A DNA stretch of 45,132 bases from Oscillibacter sp. ER4 (GCA_963623615.1 CAVFND010000001.1:1-45132), one strand, 5' to 3'; numbered from the stretch's first letter, positions 1-8,212 are shown. Notes: generated from the sequence alone by a model not told the origin. A program made the numbers and translations.

Positions 1-55
1 GCGAACAAAAGCGCAACCTCCTCTGTCCATTCAATGTAGTAACCCGCCTTACCGT
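1..55. repeat. Terminal direct repeat identical to 45078-45132 (circular assembly overlap)
   Basis: First 55 nt are identical to the last 55 nt, and the replication initiator ORF reads through the junction. Confidence 0.95.
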
Positions 56-179
56 AAATCTCTTGCAGCAAGTGAACGACTACACCAAATCCTGTCAAGC
101 CAAATTCTGCCTCTATCAGTTCAAACTTTGCGTTCAATGTGACATCAAGCGGAAAGTAATCGATCCCGCTCTTTGCCAT
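1..179 (-). CDS. Replication initiator (DUF4373-like), 5' part; continues across the circular junction into 45077..44450
   Basis: ATG at 179 gives MAKSGIDYFPLDVTLNAKFELIEAEFGLTGFGVVVHLLQEIYGKAGYYIEWTEEVALLFA, in frame with the 44450 ORF. Confidence 0.85.
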   Translation of the reverse strand, partial: MAKSGIDYFPLDVTLNAKFELIEAEFGLTGFGVVVHLLQEIYGKAGYYIEWTEEVALLF

Positions 180-182
180 CAC

Positions 183-359
183 TTATTCCCCCTCGTGAGG
201 AATAATGCAGTGTCTTACCCCGAACTCGGAAAGCGTTCCGGAGAGTTTAGCTGCGTCAATCATGAGAATGTCTTCTACATAGATCAATGCAATGCCCGGT
301 TCCGTGAGGGCGGCAGCCAAATCGTCGCCCTCGTAAATCAAAACGTCATATTTGTTCAT
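183..359 (-). CDS. Small hypothetical protein (58 aa, not in ORF track)
   Basis: GGAGGGG RBS; MNKYDVLIYEGDDLAAALTEPG...; fills the gap between ssb and the initiator. Confidence 0.65.
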   Translation of the reverse strand: MNKYDVLIYEGDDLAAALTEPGIALIYVEDILMIDAAKLSGTLSEFGVRHCIIPHEGE

Positions 360-371
360 TTTGCCCCTCCA

Positions 372-773
372 TCAGAACGGCAGCTCGCCGTCATCCTCGC
401 TGACCTCCGCAAAGCCATCTGTCGTACTCTCTGCGGCGTTTTGCGCCGGGGCGCTGTTACCGGCCCTGCTGTCAGCAAAATAGATGCTGTCGGCCTGCAC
501 TTCGGCGCTGCGGCGCTTGTTGCCGTTCTTGTCCGTCCAGTCGCGCATCTGCAAGCGCCCCTCGACGACGATCATGCGTCCCTTGTCGGCGTAATTGCAG
601 AGCACTTCCGCCGTGCCGCGCCATGCAACGCAGTCGATCCAGTCCGTCCCGGCGTCCTTGCCGTTGCGATCAACGGCAAGGGAAAAACTCACAACGGATA
701 CGCCGCTGTTCGTCTTCTTGAGTTCCAGATCGCGCCCGATGCGCCCCATCAGGCAAATTCGATTCAGGCTCAC
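372..773 (-). CDS. ssb: Single-stranded DNA-binding protein
   Basis: LNRICLMGRIGRDLELKKT OB-fold start and acidic DDGELPF tail. Confidence 0.95.
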   Translation of the reverse strand: MSLNRICLMGRIGRDLELKKTNSGVSVVSFSLAVDRNGKDAGTDWIDCVAWRGTAEVLCNYADKGRMIVVEGRLQMRDWTDKNGNKRRSAEVQADSIYFADSRAGNSAPAQNAAESTTDGFAEVSEDDGELPF

Positions 774-1588
774 TGCTCGTCACCGTCGCTTTCGATGACC
801 TCGCCCGTCGTCTCATCGACGGTGTAGTTCTCCGTCTCAATGACCGTGTCATCGCCCACGGAATACATGTCCTCGCTGATCTTCGTCTTGATGGTCTCAT
901 CCTGCGCCACCGCACGCACAAAGTCGCTCTTGAGCGGCGCGTATTTCAGCACGCGCTTGAGCACGGTCTTCTTCGCCATTTCGGGGAAATTCGTCTGCCA
1001 CGGGCCGTTGTTGAACGCCTTGGAATACTTGCGTGCGTGGGTCCTCACATCCTCCATGCTCATCACGTCGTAGCCAAAGCCGCCATCTTTCGTGCGGAAC
1101 ATCGCGTAGACGAATTTCGGCTCGCCGCGCTCACCGCTCGCGGGCTTGTGGCTCAACTTCGGGTCGAGGCCGAAAGAATACTCGAATTCGTCGTTCTCAT
1201 AGACGATCTGCGCCTGAATGATACTGACCTCGCCGCTGCGGTATGCCAGGTCGATAAGCCCCTTGTACCCGATTTGGAACTGTGTTTCGAGCGTACCATG
1301 ATTGCGATAGGGGATAAGATACGCCTGCCCGAGTGGGGTGTTCGGCTCCAAGCCGAGCTGCGCTGCGGTCATCATCGCACCGAGGAAACTCTGCGGCGTC
1401 GTCTGCGCGAGCTGCTTGTTCGCGCTCAACGCGGAAAGCGTGATGCGGGTAAAGCGTTCCGGCGTGATGACGCTCGGCAGCGCCTTCGCAATTTCGCCCT
1501 CCATCTGCTTGATGTACTGCTGCATCGTGGGATTGCCTTTCTTTACGGCCTGTGCGCCCTGTGCGTTCTGAATAAGTCCTTCCTTCAT
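770..1588 (-). CDS. recT: RecT-family ssDNA annealing recombinase
   Basis: LGLEPNTPLGQAYLIPY, QIGYKGLIDLAYRSG and PWQTNFPEMAKKTVLKR motifs. Confidence 0.92.
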   Translation of the reverse strand: MKEGLIQNAQGAQAVKKGNPTMQQYIKQMEGEIAKALPSVITPERFTRITLSALSANKQLAQTTPQSFLGAMMTAAQLGLEPNTPLGQAYLIPYRNHGTLETQFQIGYKGLIDLAYRSGEVSIIQAQIVYENDEFEYSFGLDPKLSHKPASGERGEPKFVYAMFRTKDGGFGYDVMSMEDVRTHARKYSKAFNNGPWQTNFPEMAKKTVLKRVLKYAPLKSDFVRAVAQDETIKTKISEDMYSVGDDTVIETENYTVDETTGEVIESDGDEQ

Positions 1589-2571
1589 CTTTCGTGCTCC
1601 TCCTTCACCGCAAATTTGCGGAATGTCGTCGTTTTGTAGTAGCTGCTCAGATCCATATCGGGGTGATCCTTCGCGAACGCCCTCGCGTCGAACGTCTGTC
1701 GGCTCTGGCTCTTCCAGTCGACCGTGAAGCGCCCGCAGTAGCCGCGCTCGTTGTCGCCGAGGTCTTTCATCAGCGTCTGCTTGATGGCGTCCGCATCCTT
1801 CTCGATGGCCTTCTTGCGGCTCATCAGGTATTGATACTGCTCGACAAGGCTCTCGCGCCCGAACAGCTCCACGTCACCGCCGCCGCCCTCGTAGATGCTC
1901 TCAAGCGCTTCGGTCGTGCTCGCGTCGCCGTCCATCGGCGGTGGACTGTCTGCTTCCACGTAGTCATGCCAGAAGTCCGCAGCGCTGCGTTTCAGCGCTT
2001 TAATTTCATCGGGACTGACATACACGCTGCTCTCGCACCATTCCGGAACGTCATCGTCGGGAACCGTCGTGATCTGGTAGCAATAAAAGCCCTTGCCCAG
2101 CACCAGCGCCGCCAGATACCAGCGCTGCCAGCCCGTCACGGCAAGATACGTCACGCACTGCGCGTAATAGCTCGCGGGGAACTCGCCGCCCGCGTAGCGC
2201 TTCATGTTCAGCACGTTCGCGGTCTTGCATTCAAGGCCCTCGTTGCGCCCGATGACCCTGCGGTCGATGTTGGCGTGCAAACACGGGCAGTCTTCATTGC
2301 GCAGGATGTAATTCATCCGGCACACCAGCAGGCGGCTCGCTTCTTCAAAGCGGCTCGCGACGTACTGTTCGAGGTCGCGGCCCTGCCGCATTGCCTCGTT
2401 TTCCGGTTCTTCGCCGATCCTGCCGGTCTTCTCCGCCCACACGACCCACGGCGAGCGGTATTTGTTCAGCCCCAGCACCGCGCCCATGTCGCTGCCGCCG
2501 AGGCTCTTTTTGCGCTCTTTAAGCCACTCCTCGCGGCTCATCCCGCGCGTCGATATCTTCTGAATCTTCAT
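1585..2571 (-). CDS. YqaJ-like viral recombinase exonuclease
   Basis: WLKERKKSLGGSD, ANIDR...LECKT and YYAQC motifs; adjacent to recT. Confidence 0.9.
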   Translation of the reverse strand: MKIQKISTRGMSREEWLKERKKSLGGSDMGAVLGLNKYRSPWVVWAEKTGRIGEEPENEAMRQGRDLEQYVASRFEEASRLLVCRMNYILRNEDCPCLHANIDRRVIGRNEGLECKTANVLNMKRYAGGEFPASYYAQCVTYLAVTGWQRWYLAALVLGKGFYCYQITTVPDDDVPEWCESSVYVSPDEIKALKRSAADFWHDYVEADSPPPMDGDASTTEALESIYEGGGGDVELFGRESLVEQYQYLMSRKKAIEKDADAIKQTLMKDLGDNERGYCGRFTVDWKSQSRQTFDARAFAKDHPDMDLSSYYKTTTFRKFAVKEEHER

Positions 2572-2731
2572 CTTTCGTTACCTCGATGTCCTCCGCCCCG
2601 CAGAAGGGGCAGCATAATATCGTTTGCGTCTCCACGCCGCGCTCACCGTCAAGGTTCTCGCGCCTGCGCAGGACGTCAGGCTCGTCAAAGGTCAGCCCGC
2701 ACCATTCACAGCGCCGCTCGTCTTCTCTCAC
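2519..2731 (-). CDS. Small zinc-ribbon hypothetical protein
   Basis: CEWC...CPFC; start overlaps the upstream stop. Confidence 0.6.
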   Translation of the reverse strand: MREDERRCEWCGLTFDEPDVLRRRENLDGERGVETQTILCCPFCGAEDIEVTKDEDSEDIDARDEPRGVA

Positions 2732-3258
2732 AGGTCCGCCTCCAAATACGCCGCCGCGCTCTGCACGCCGAACTGACGCGCGTCCTCGTGGCTGTCCAGG
2801 TAAATGTCGATGTGACGGCCATTCACGCCGCTGCCGCAGTCCTCGGCGGTGTAGGTGTGCTGTGTGCCGTCAGGCCAGATCAGCAGCACGCGCGAGCCAT
2901 ACGGGATGATGTCGGGGTCAACCGCGATCGTGCGCCCTTCGGTCGCTTCCGTGCCGGTGGCGGTGTAGCCGTTCGCCCATTTGCCGCAGCAGCAGCTTCC
3001 GGCGCAGTACGCCGTGAGCGTGTACTCCCCAAGGTAAATGTCGTTGCAGTAGGCGTATTCCTCTGCGGGCTTGTCCCACGCGGGGTCATACGCCTCAATA
3101 ACCGGTTCTTCCGGCTCGCCTCGGTCTTCCGCTCTCGCGCCGGTCAGCAGCAGCGCCGCCGCCAGAAGGACCGTCGCCGCGCCGAGGCACCCAGCCGCGA
3201 TCTGCGCGGATTGGTCGGCCCTGCGCTGCTCGCGCGTCCGTCTGTCGTGCTTTCTCAT
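2728..3258 (-). CDS. Membrane-anchored 3D-domain (MltA-like, peptidoglycan-active) protein
   Basis: Basic N-terminus plus hydrophobic helix; TAY...TATG...TIAVDP..IPYGS...AEDCG...HIDIY 3D motif; start trimmed to MRKHDRR. Confidence 0.8.
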   Translation of the reverse strand: MRKHDRRTREQRRADQSAQIAAGCLGAATVLLAAALLLTGARAEDRGEPEEPVIEAYDPAWDKPAEEYAYCNDIYLGEYTLTAYCAGSCCCGKWANGYTATGTEATEGRTIAVDPDIIPYGSRVLLIWPDGTQHTYTAEDCGSGVNGRHIDIYLDSHEDARQFGVQSAAAYLEADL

Positions 3259-3350
3259 CGTCTGCCCTCCAACGCATCCAGCACGCGGGAGAATGCCAAC
3301 CCCAGCGCCACAGCGCCAACCGCGGCGAGAAATGTCGTAAAATCGATCAT
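3255..3350 (-). CDS. 31-aa hydrophobic peptide (not in ORF track)
   Basis: MIDFTTFLAAVGAVALGLAFSRVLDALEGRR; GAGGAG RBS; ATGA overlaps at both ends. Confidence 0.6.
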   Translation of the reverse strand: MIDFTTFLAAVGAVALGLAFSRVLDALEGRR

Positions 3351-3553
3351 GCGTCAACGCTCCTCTCCTCGATCCACTGGTCGAGCAGCGCCGTGAAGAT
3401 CTGGAACACGCGCCGCTTGCCGCCGACGCACACGCCGAAGGGGTAAACACCCTGCTCGATGCCGTCAGCCAATGTTTCATGTGAAATGCGCAGGCCGTGA
3501 TCTCTCAGATACGCCGCGCACTCGTTCAAGTCCATCGTTGCGATTGTCTTCAT
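3347..3553 (-). CDS. Excisionase-like HTH DNA-binding protein
   Basis: MDLNECAAYLR...LDQWIEER winged-helix pattern; early-operon position. Confidence 0.6.
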   Translation of the reverse strand: MKTIATMDLNECAAYLRDHGLRISHETLADGIEQGVYPFGVCVGGKRRVFQIFTALLDQWIEERSVDA

Positions 3554-4272
3554 CTGCGTTCCTCCTTCTCTCCAAGAAACTTCTGAATGAAATACTGCTG
3601 GCCTTTGCCGGTCACTTTCGTTGTCTTGCTCACCGTCACCGTGCCGTTAGAGTGTGTGATTGCCGTTTCCTTAACGGTGAAAAGCCCCAAATCCATTGAC
3701 TTCTGTGTCGGCATATTGAAATCCGTGCCGTTTCGGCGAATCAGATATCCGTTTTCGCGCATCCAGCGGAATAGCCGGTGCTGCCCGATATCCACGCCGT
3801 TCTGGTTCAGCAGCTTCGCCAGCTCGCCGACGAGGATCGAAGTCTTGCTTGCGCTGACCGCATCAGCAAAAAGCACCTTCGGTGCATCGGCCTCGACTTT
3901 GCTTTCAAGCCTTTTGAGTTTGTCCCCTGCAATTTGCAGCGCACGAGCCATGACTTTCTCAGGACTGTTCCAATCCTTTTCAATCTGGAGAAAATACTGG
4001 CGAGCCTGTTTGCCCTTTTCGTTGCGCTGGATCATACAAATCTCTTTCGCCATGTCGATAGTAAGCACTGCATCCTGCCGAGGCTTTCCAGATAGCCCGT
4101 CGGCCCTATTACTCAAAAATGAGTAATAGTCTTCGCCCTCAGTAAAGCCGTATTCGCACATACGGGGGAACCAATCGTTAAACCTTGCACCGACCTCCAA
4201 GAAGTCGTGCAGGTCTCGCGCAGAGACCGCAGGGTGGTCGTTGTTGTAAGTGATCTTGATTAGCTCGTTCAT
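3550..4272 (-). CDS. Phage antirepressor (AntA/AntB N-domain + KilAC C-domain)
   Basis: VSARDLHDFLEV, DMAKEICMIQRNEKGKQARQYF, PKVLFADAV and KVTGKGQQYF motifs; start trimmed to MNELIKI. Confidence 0.9.
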   Translation of the reverse strand: MNELIKITYNNDHPAVSARDLHDFLEVGARFNDWFPRMCEYGFTEGEDYYSFLSNRADGLSGKPRQDAVLTIDMAKEICMIQRNEKGKQARQYFLQIEKDWNSPEKVMARALQIAGDKLKRLESKVEADAPKVLFADAVSASKTSILVGELAKLLNQNGVDIGQHRLFRWMRENGYLIRRNGTDFNMPTQKSMDLGLFTVKETAITHSNGTVTVSKTTKVTGKGQQYFIQKFLGEKEERR

Positions 4273-4310
4273 CTTTTGCGCCCCCTCTTCTCTTTCATCT
4301 GTGCTCCTCC

Positions 4311-4517
4311 TCACTCTTTCGGGATCAGCCGCGTCACCGGCACATTCAGGTGCTTCGCAATGCGCACTACCGTGTAAAGGCTCGGGCTTCTCCCCGCTTT
4401 CCACTTCGTCACATTGCTTTTGCTCATTCCCAGCGCAAGGCACACCGCGCTCGGCGACGTGTGCTTCTTCTTGCACACTTCTTTCAGCAGTTCGTAAAAC
4501 AAGTCATTCCCCCCCAT
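4311..4517 (-). CDS. Cro-like XRE HTH regulator
   Basis: Short basic HTH (SAVCLALGMSKSNVTKWK), divergent from cI; true start may be TTG at 4502. Confidence 0.8.
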   Translation of the reverse strand: MGGNDLFYELLKEVCKKKHTSPSAVCLALGMSKSNVTKWKAGRSPSLYTVVRIAKHLNVPVTRLIPKE

Positions 4518-4526
4518 TCAAATAGT

Positions 4527-4555
4527 TTGAATTAGAGAACCTTTTGTGATAGAAT
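4527..4555 (+). promoter_or_regulatory. Sigma-70-type promoter TTGAAT-N17-TAGAAT with extended TG
   Basis: Direct match with 17-nt spacer, just upstream of the structured region. Confidence 0.6.
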
Positions 4556-4822
4556 GAAGCTGCACGTGCGGAAAGGGGTGGTGCCCATGCAGGCCACGTC
4601 GGCCATCGCAGGCTTCATGCCTAATTTCCTGTGTTCCCGGTAACTGAACGGACAGCGGTGCGGACAGCGCACCCGTTTCTCATACGAAGCCGTTCAACCG
4701 CGCCGAGGGGTGCTCGCCTGCACCCGCAACGCGGCGGAAACAAAGTGTGACGAGATACGGCGGGAAGGCGACCCGCCGTCTTCTCAACCGCACGCTTGCC
4801 TCACCCTATCGCAAAAGGCTCT
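4535..4822. ncRNA. Candidate structured RNA cassette with an 18-codon ORF (4587-4643), bounded by an imperfect inverted repeat
   Basis: Ends pair (AGAACCTTTTGTGATAG / CTATCGCAAAAGGCTCT); internal stems TGAACGG/CCGTTCA, GGTGCG/CGCACC, GGGTGC/GCACCC, ACGGCGGG/CCCGCCGT. Confidence 0.5.
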
Positions 4823-4849
4823 TGACAGTTCCCCAAAAAGTACTATAAT
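4822..4849 (+). promoter_or_regulatory. Lysogenic (cI) promoter TTGACA-N16-TATAAT
   Basis: Perfect consensus hexamers upstream of cI. Confidence 0.75.
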
Positions 4850-4954
4850 GTAAGTACCACCAAACATTGATTAGTACTCGATGGGGTATCGCCATGTTTA
4901 GATAATAGCACCCAGCTGGGTACTTTTCAAGAAGTTTTTTACCCAGCAGGGTAC
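4828..4954. promoter_or_regulatory. Four 16-bp operator-like sites, consensus GTAC-N8-GTAC (4828, 4874, 4908, 4939)
   Basis: GTTCCCCAAAAAGTAC, GTACTCGATGGGGTAT, GCACCCAGCTGGGTAC, TTACCCAGCAGGGTAC; two lie in promoter spacers. Confidence 0.65.
4902..4930 (-). promoter_or_regulatory. Lytic (cro) promoter TTGAAA-N17-TATTAT with extended TG
   Basis: Minus-strand match; the most palindromic operator fills its spacer. Confidence 0.7.
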
Positions 4955-4988
4955 ATTTGTATCCTTGCACAATTTTAGAGGGTCTATT

Positions 4989-5318
4989 ATGTTTAATCTG
5001 TACGAGAATATTAAGGAACTATGTGATGAGAAAGGCGTAAAGCCCGGTAAAATGTGCACGGAAGCAAGCGTCAGCAAGGGACTTATTACCGATTTGAAGA
5101 TGGGGAGAAAGAAGACCGTCCGCGTTGAGACCGCCCAAAAGATCGCTGACTACTTCGGGGTGACTGTTGACCGCGTCCTCGGCACAGAAAAAGAGACCGC
5201 CGCCCAGAAGGGCGACGGCCTAAACTATACCGATTCCGAATTGCTGCAGGCATACCATGATGCAGATGCCCGCACAAAAGAAGCGATCCGCACGCTGCTC
5301 GGGATCAAGGGGGTCTGA
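4989..5318 (+). CDS. CI-like XRE repressor (no peptidase domain)
   Basis: N-terminal HTH (KIADYFGVTVDRVLG) and C-terminal ELLQAYHDAD helix; divergent from cro. Confidence 0.85.
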   Translation: MFNLYENIKELCDEKGVKPGKMCTEASVSKGLITDLKMGRKKTVRVETAQKIADYFGVTVDRVLGTEKETAAQKGDGLNYTDSELLQAYHDADARTKEAIRTLLGIKGV

Positions 5319-5320
5319 TC

Positions 5321-5689
5321 GTGTCTGAATTCGACGTACTGAAAGCCCTCTCTGAAAACGGCGGTGAAATGGAATGGTCTGCTCTGCTGAATTCTGACGG
5401 ATCCGTGCAGGAAACGTCCGGCGTTTTGCAGCTGCTGCTGCACGGCGGGTATATCTCCGGGTCGCTTTCCCCACATTCATCAGTAAGAATTACACCTATC
5501 GGGCGCGCTTATTATGCGAAACTAAATGCAGAGCATGAGGAGAAGTGCCGCGAACAAAAGTATATCCGTGAAGAAAATGCAAAAATGGAACACCATACTA
5601 TTGTCAACACGCGGATATCCTTCGCGTCGATGCTCTTCGCCGGTGGTTCTCTTCTGCTGGGGATATTGGCTGCGCTCGAGCTCATTTAA
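5321..5689 (+). CDS. Winged-helix-like protein with C-terminal membrane anchor (lysogeny operon)
   Basis: GYI...RITPIGRAYY pattern, coiled coil and hydrophobic tail; directly follows cI. Confidence 0.65.
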   Translation: MSEFDVLKALSENGGEMEWSALLNSDGSVQETSGVLQLLLHGGYISGSLSPHSSVRITPIGRAYYAKLNAEHEEKCREQKYIREENAKMEHHTIVNTRISFASMLFAGGSLLLGILAALELI

Positions 5690-5785
5690 CCGGTCTCTCA
5701 TTTTGCGCAGATTGATTTGTCCGAGAACGGCCCACACGCTAAAGATCATGGATAATGCTGTGCAAATGCAAAACAGAATCTTCAT
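5522..5785 (-). CDS. Small protein with N-terminal hydrophobic helix, antisense-overlapping 5321-5689
   Basis: GGAAGGAG RBS; ATGA coupling to the 5782-5916 ORF. Confidence 0.45.
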   Translation of the reverse strand: MKILFCICTALSMIFSVWAVLGQINLRKMRDRLNELERSQYPQQKRTTGEEHRREGYPRVDNSMVFHFCIFFTDILLFAALLLMLCI

Positions 5786-5916
5786 CTTTTCGCTCCTTCC
5801 AGCAGTTCAATGACTGCTCTCCGTTTTTCTTCATCCTGAATGGCCTCGAGGAATGCGCGGTCTTCCGCCGTGGTATTATCGGCTTTGGCCTGTGCATCTT
5901 GATCTAAGCGTTGCAT
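5782..5916 (-). CDS. 44-aa hypothetical protein (not in ORF track)
   Basis: GGAGG RBS; MQRLDQDAQAKADNTTAEDRAFLEAIQDEEKRRAVIELLEGAKR. Confidence 0.55.
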   Translation of the reverse strand: MQRLDQDAQAKADNTTAEDRAFLEAIQDEEKRRAVIELLEGAKR

Positions 5917-5947
5917 TATAATATCCTCCGTTCAAGTTATTTCACCT

Positions 5948-5981
5948 ATTATCTCTCATAAACTCATCGTATTCACCACGG
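5948..5981 (-). promoter_or_regulatory. CCGTGGTGA-N19-GATAAT promoter-like motif (copy 4)
   Basis: Same 9-mer and spacing as at 11342, 32114 and 36506. Confidence 0.5.
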
Positions 5982-6051
5982 AAATAGTGTATCGAATACT
6001 GCCAATCTATCGGATATCGTGCTTGCCCGGTGTGCTGGGATTAAGTTTTGA

Positions 6052-6091
6052 AAAAGCCCTCGCCGCCTCTGCAACATCGGCGAGGGCTTTT
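6052..6091. terminator. Bidirectional hairpin upstream of the integrase
   Basis: AAAAGCCCTCGCCG-loop-CGGCGAGGGCTTTT. Confidence 0.65.
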
Positions 6092-6164
6092 CCTACATCC
6101 GCGGGGAGCGGTCGCGGCCTGTATCCGTACTGTATCACCACCACCGTGAAAAGAAGGTAGAACC

Positions 6165-7280
6165 ATGTCGATGAATTGCATCAAATGTAAAGCAGCGCTG
6201 CCGGATGGCGCGCTGTTTTGTCCTATGTGCGGCAAAAAGCAAGTGCCGGAAAAGCGCAAGGCGCTCAAGCGCGCCAACGGTACCGGCACGGTCTATAAGC
6301 TGCAAGGCCGAAGAACGCGCCCGTGGGTCGCCGCAAAGAATAAAGTCATCATCGGATACTACCCCAAGAAGGCCGACGCTCTGGAAGCGCTGGAACGCCT
6401 CACAGGCCGTTCCCTCGACGAGCGCTACAACATGACCTTTGCCGAAGTCTGCGAGGCTTGGAAAGCGGAGCACTTCCGCGATTTAAGCAAGTATGGGGTT
6501 CGCGCGTATGAATCCGCGTATAAAGCCTTTTCCCCGTTGTACGCGAAAAAATTTCGGGATTTGCGCACATCAGACTTTCAGGCCGTCATTGATTCCAAAT
6601 CCGATACCCCGGAAGCGGCGAAAAAATGCAAGCAGTTGATCGGCCAAATGTCGACGTGGGCCATGCGGGAAGAGATCATTCTGACCAATTATGCGCAGTT
6701 TGTCTCACTGCCCCAGAAGGAGAAGCATGAAAAAGAAGTCTTCACCCCCGGTGAAATTAAGATGCTCTCGGAAGACGGCAGCGAAGCGGCGATGATCGTG
6801 TTAATGCTGCTCTCTACCGGGATGCGAATCGGGGAATTGTTTTCGCTCAAACGCGCGGATTATCACGAGACATATGTCGTGGGAGGGGAAAAGACCGAAG
6901 CCGGTCGTAACCGTGTCATCCCGATCAGGCCCGAAGGGCAAAAATATTTTGCCTACTTTGCAGCCCGTTCGAAAGGCGAATTGCTCCTGTCGGGGTACAA
7001 GGGGCAGCACACCCCCGAAAATTACAGGAACCGTGATTATTACTCCCTGCTTGCCCGTCTCGGCATAGCGAAGAAGACCCCGCACGCCACACGCCACACT
7101 TACGCGACCCGCGCTGTCAAGGAAGGGTTAGCTCCCGAGATATTGCAAAAGGTGTTGGGCCACGCAGATTATGCCACAACGGCAAACGTTTATACCCATA
7201 TCGACGCGGAAACGATCATCACCGCCGTTACAAACGCGTTACTAACAAATCAAAACGAGAGCAAAAAGAAAAAGCCTTGA
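6165..7280 (+). CDS. int: Tyrosine integrase with N-terminal zinc ribbon
   Basis: TGMRIGE (R), PHATRHT (HxxR), LGH and catalytic Y in NVYTH; CxxC...CxxC N-terminus. Confidence 0.95.
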   Translation: MSMNCIKCKAALPDGALFCPMCGKKQVPEKRKALKRANGTGTVYKLQGRRTRPWVAAKNKVIIGYYPKKADALEALERLTGRSLDERYNMTFAEVCEAWKAEHFRDLSKYGVRAYESAYKAFSPLYAKKFRDLRTSDFQAVIDSKSDTPEAAKKCKQLIGQMSTWAMREEIILTNYAQFVSLPQKEKHEKEVFTPGEIKMLSEDGSEAAMIVLMLLSTGMRIGELFSLKRADYHETYVVGGEKTEAGRNRVIPIRPEGQKYFAYFAARSKGELLLSGYKGQHTPENYRNRDYYSLLARLGIAKKTPHATRHTYATRAVKEGLAPEILQKVLGHADYATTANVYTHIDAETIITAVTNALLTNQNESKKKKP

Positions 7281-7486
7281 AACCATTGAGATTTCAAGGC
7301 TTTTTGCCCCCTCGCGCAACGCCCGCAAACCCCCGACCGCGTCTCGCTTGAAAACCCAATCTAATACTTTCCGTCGCATTTGTTGCAGTTTTTACAGCAT
7401 AGCACGGCATATCACGTATATTCGCAATCAAAAAGTTGCGCTATGCAGCGCTATGCCGTTGCAGTTGCTAACAAAATACTAACAAG
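7228..7486. other. Probable attP region
   Basis: Pairs of arm-type repeats (TACTAACA-like, 11-nt period) at 7228-7249 and 7465-7486 flank a hairpin (7269-7305) and a noncoding segment just after int. Confidence 0.6.
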
Positions 7487-7493
7487 GTCAGGT

Positions 7494-7805
7494 TCATCCC
7501 TCGCGATACATTTCCTGCATCATCCTTATCTCGGCAGCCCTCTCGATTTGCTTTTTATGCAGATAGTCGTAGAGCGCCTTCATGCCCTCGGGCGGCTCGC
7601 CGTGCTCCTGTTTGTACTTCTGGATGACGCCCGCAGCCTCGGCGTGCAGCCTCATCATGTGGTGCATCTCCTCGCCGGAAAGCTCGTAAAACGTCTTCGC
7701 AAGGGCCGGGCACTCGTCCTTGTACCCAAGAGCGCATTTGGCGTACTTCTTCGCGTCCTCGATCTCATCGTCGACCATCGCCGACAGCTTTTCGATGAGC
7801 TTCAT
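7494..7805 (-). CDS. Ferritin-like helical-bundle protein
   Basis: EIEDAKKY...EEMHH metal-ligand-like pattern; helical composition. Confidence 0.6.
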   Translation of the reverse strand: MKLIEKLSAMVDDEIEDAKKYAKCALGYKDECPALAKTFYELSGEEMHHMMRLHAEAAGVIQKYKQEHGEPPEGMKALYDYLHKKQIERAAEIRMMQEMYREG

Positions 7806-7813
7806 GGCACACC

Positions 7814-8212
7814 TCACAGTTTTTCGACCGTAACCGCAAGGTTGTTGATGACCGATGCCACGCCGCCGAGCACCAGCGACAGCAGCGAGCCGTCACAGCC
7901 GCAGGCGTTGCGTACGATGCCCGTGATATTGAGATTCGCCACGCCGGATGCCGCGACTGTCTGAGAGGCCGTCGCGCCAATGATGGCGACACCGTCCTTC
8001 TGCGCGGTCAGGCTGACCGTACCGGCAGCAGAGGGCGCGACCGTCGCGCTGGCATTGACGAGGTAATAGCCCTGCCCGCACAGCGTGATCGCATTGCCGT
8101 CCTGACGGACATTGCAGCCATAGCGGCGCGTCGTCGAGCCTACCGGCACGATGCCGCCGACCTCGACGGCGGGATTGCTTACGTTGGTGGTATAAATTGC
8201 AGACTTACTCAT
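7814..8212 (-). CDS. Beta-sandwich protein (BclA-C/C1q-like pattern)
   Basis: Alternating beta pattern, GYYLVNASATV, C-terminal VTVEKL; GGAGG RBS. Confidence 0.55.
   Translation of the reverse strand: MSKSAIYTTNVSNPAVEVGGIVPVGSTTRRYGCNVRQDGNAITLCGQGYYLVNASATVAPSAAGTVSLTAQKDGVAIIGATASQTVAASGVANLNITGIVRNACGCDGSLLSLVLGGVASVINNLAVTVEKL

Noticed and set aside
7280..7490. tRNA gene near attP
   Set aside because: No cloverleaf, T-loop or CCA recognisable on either strand
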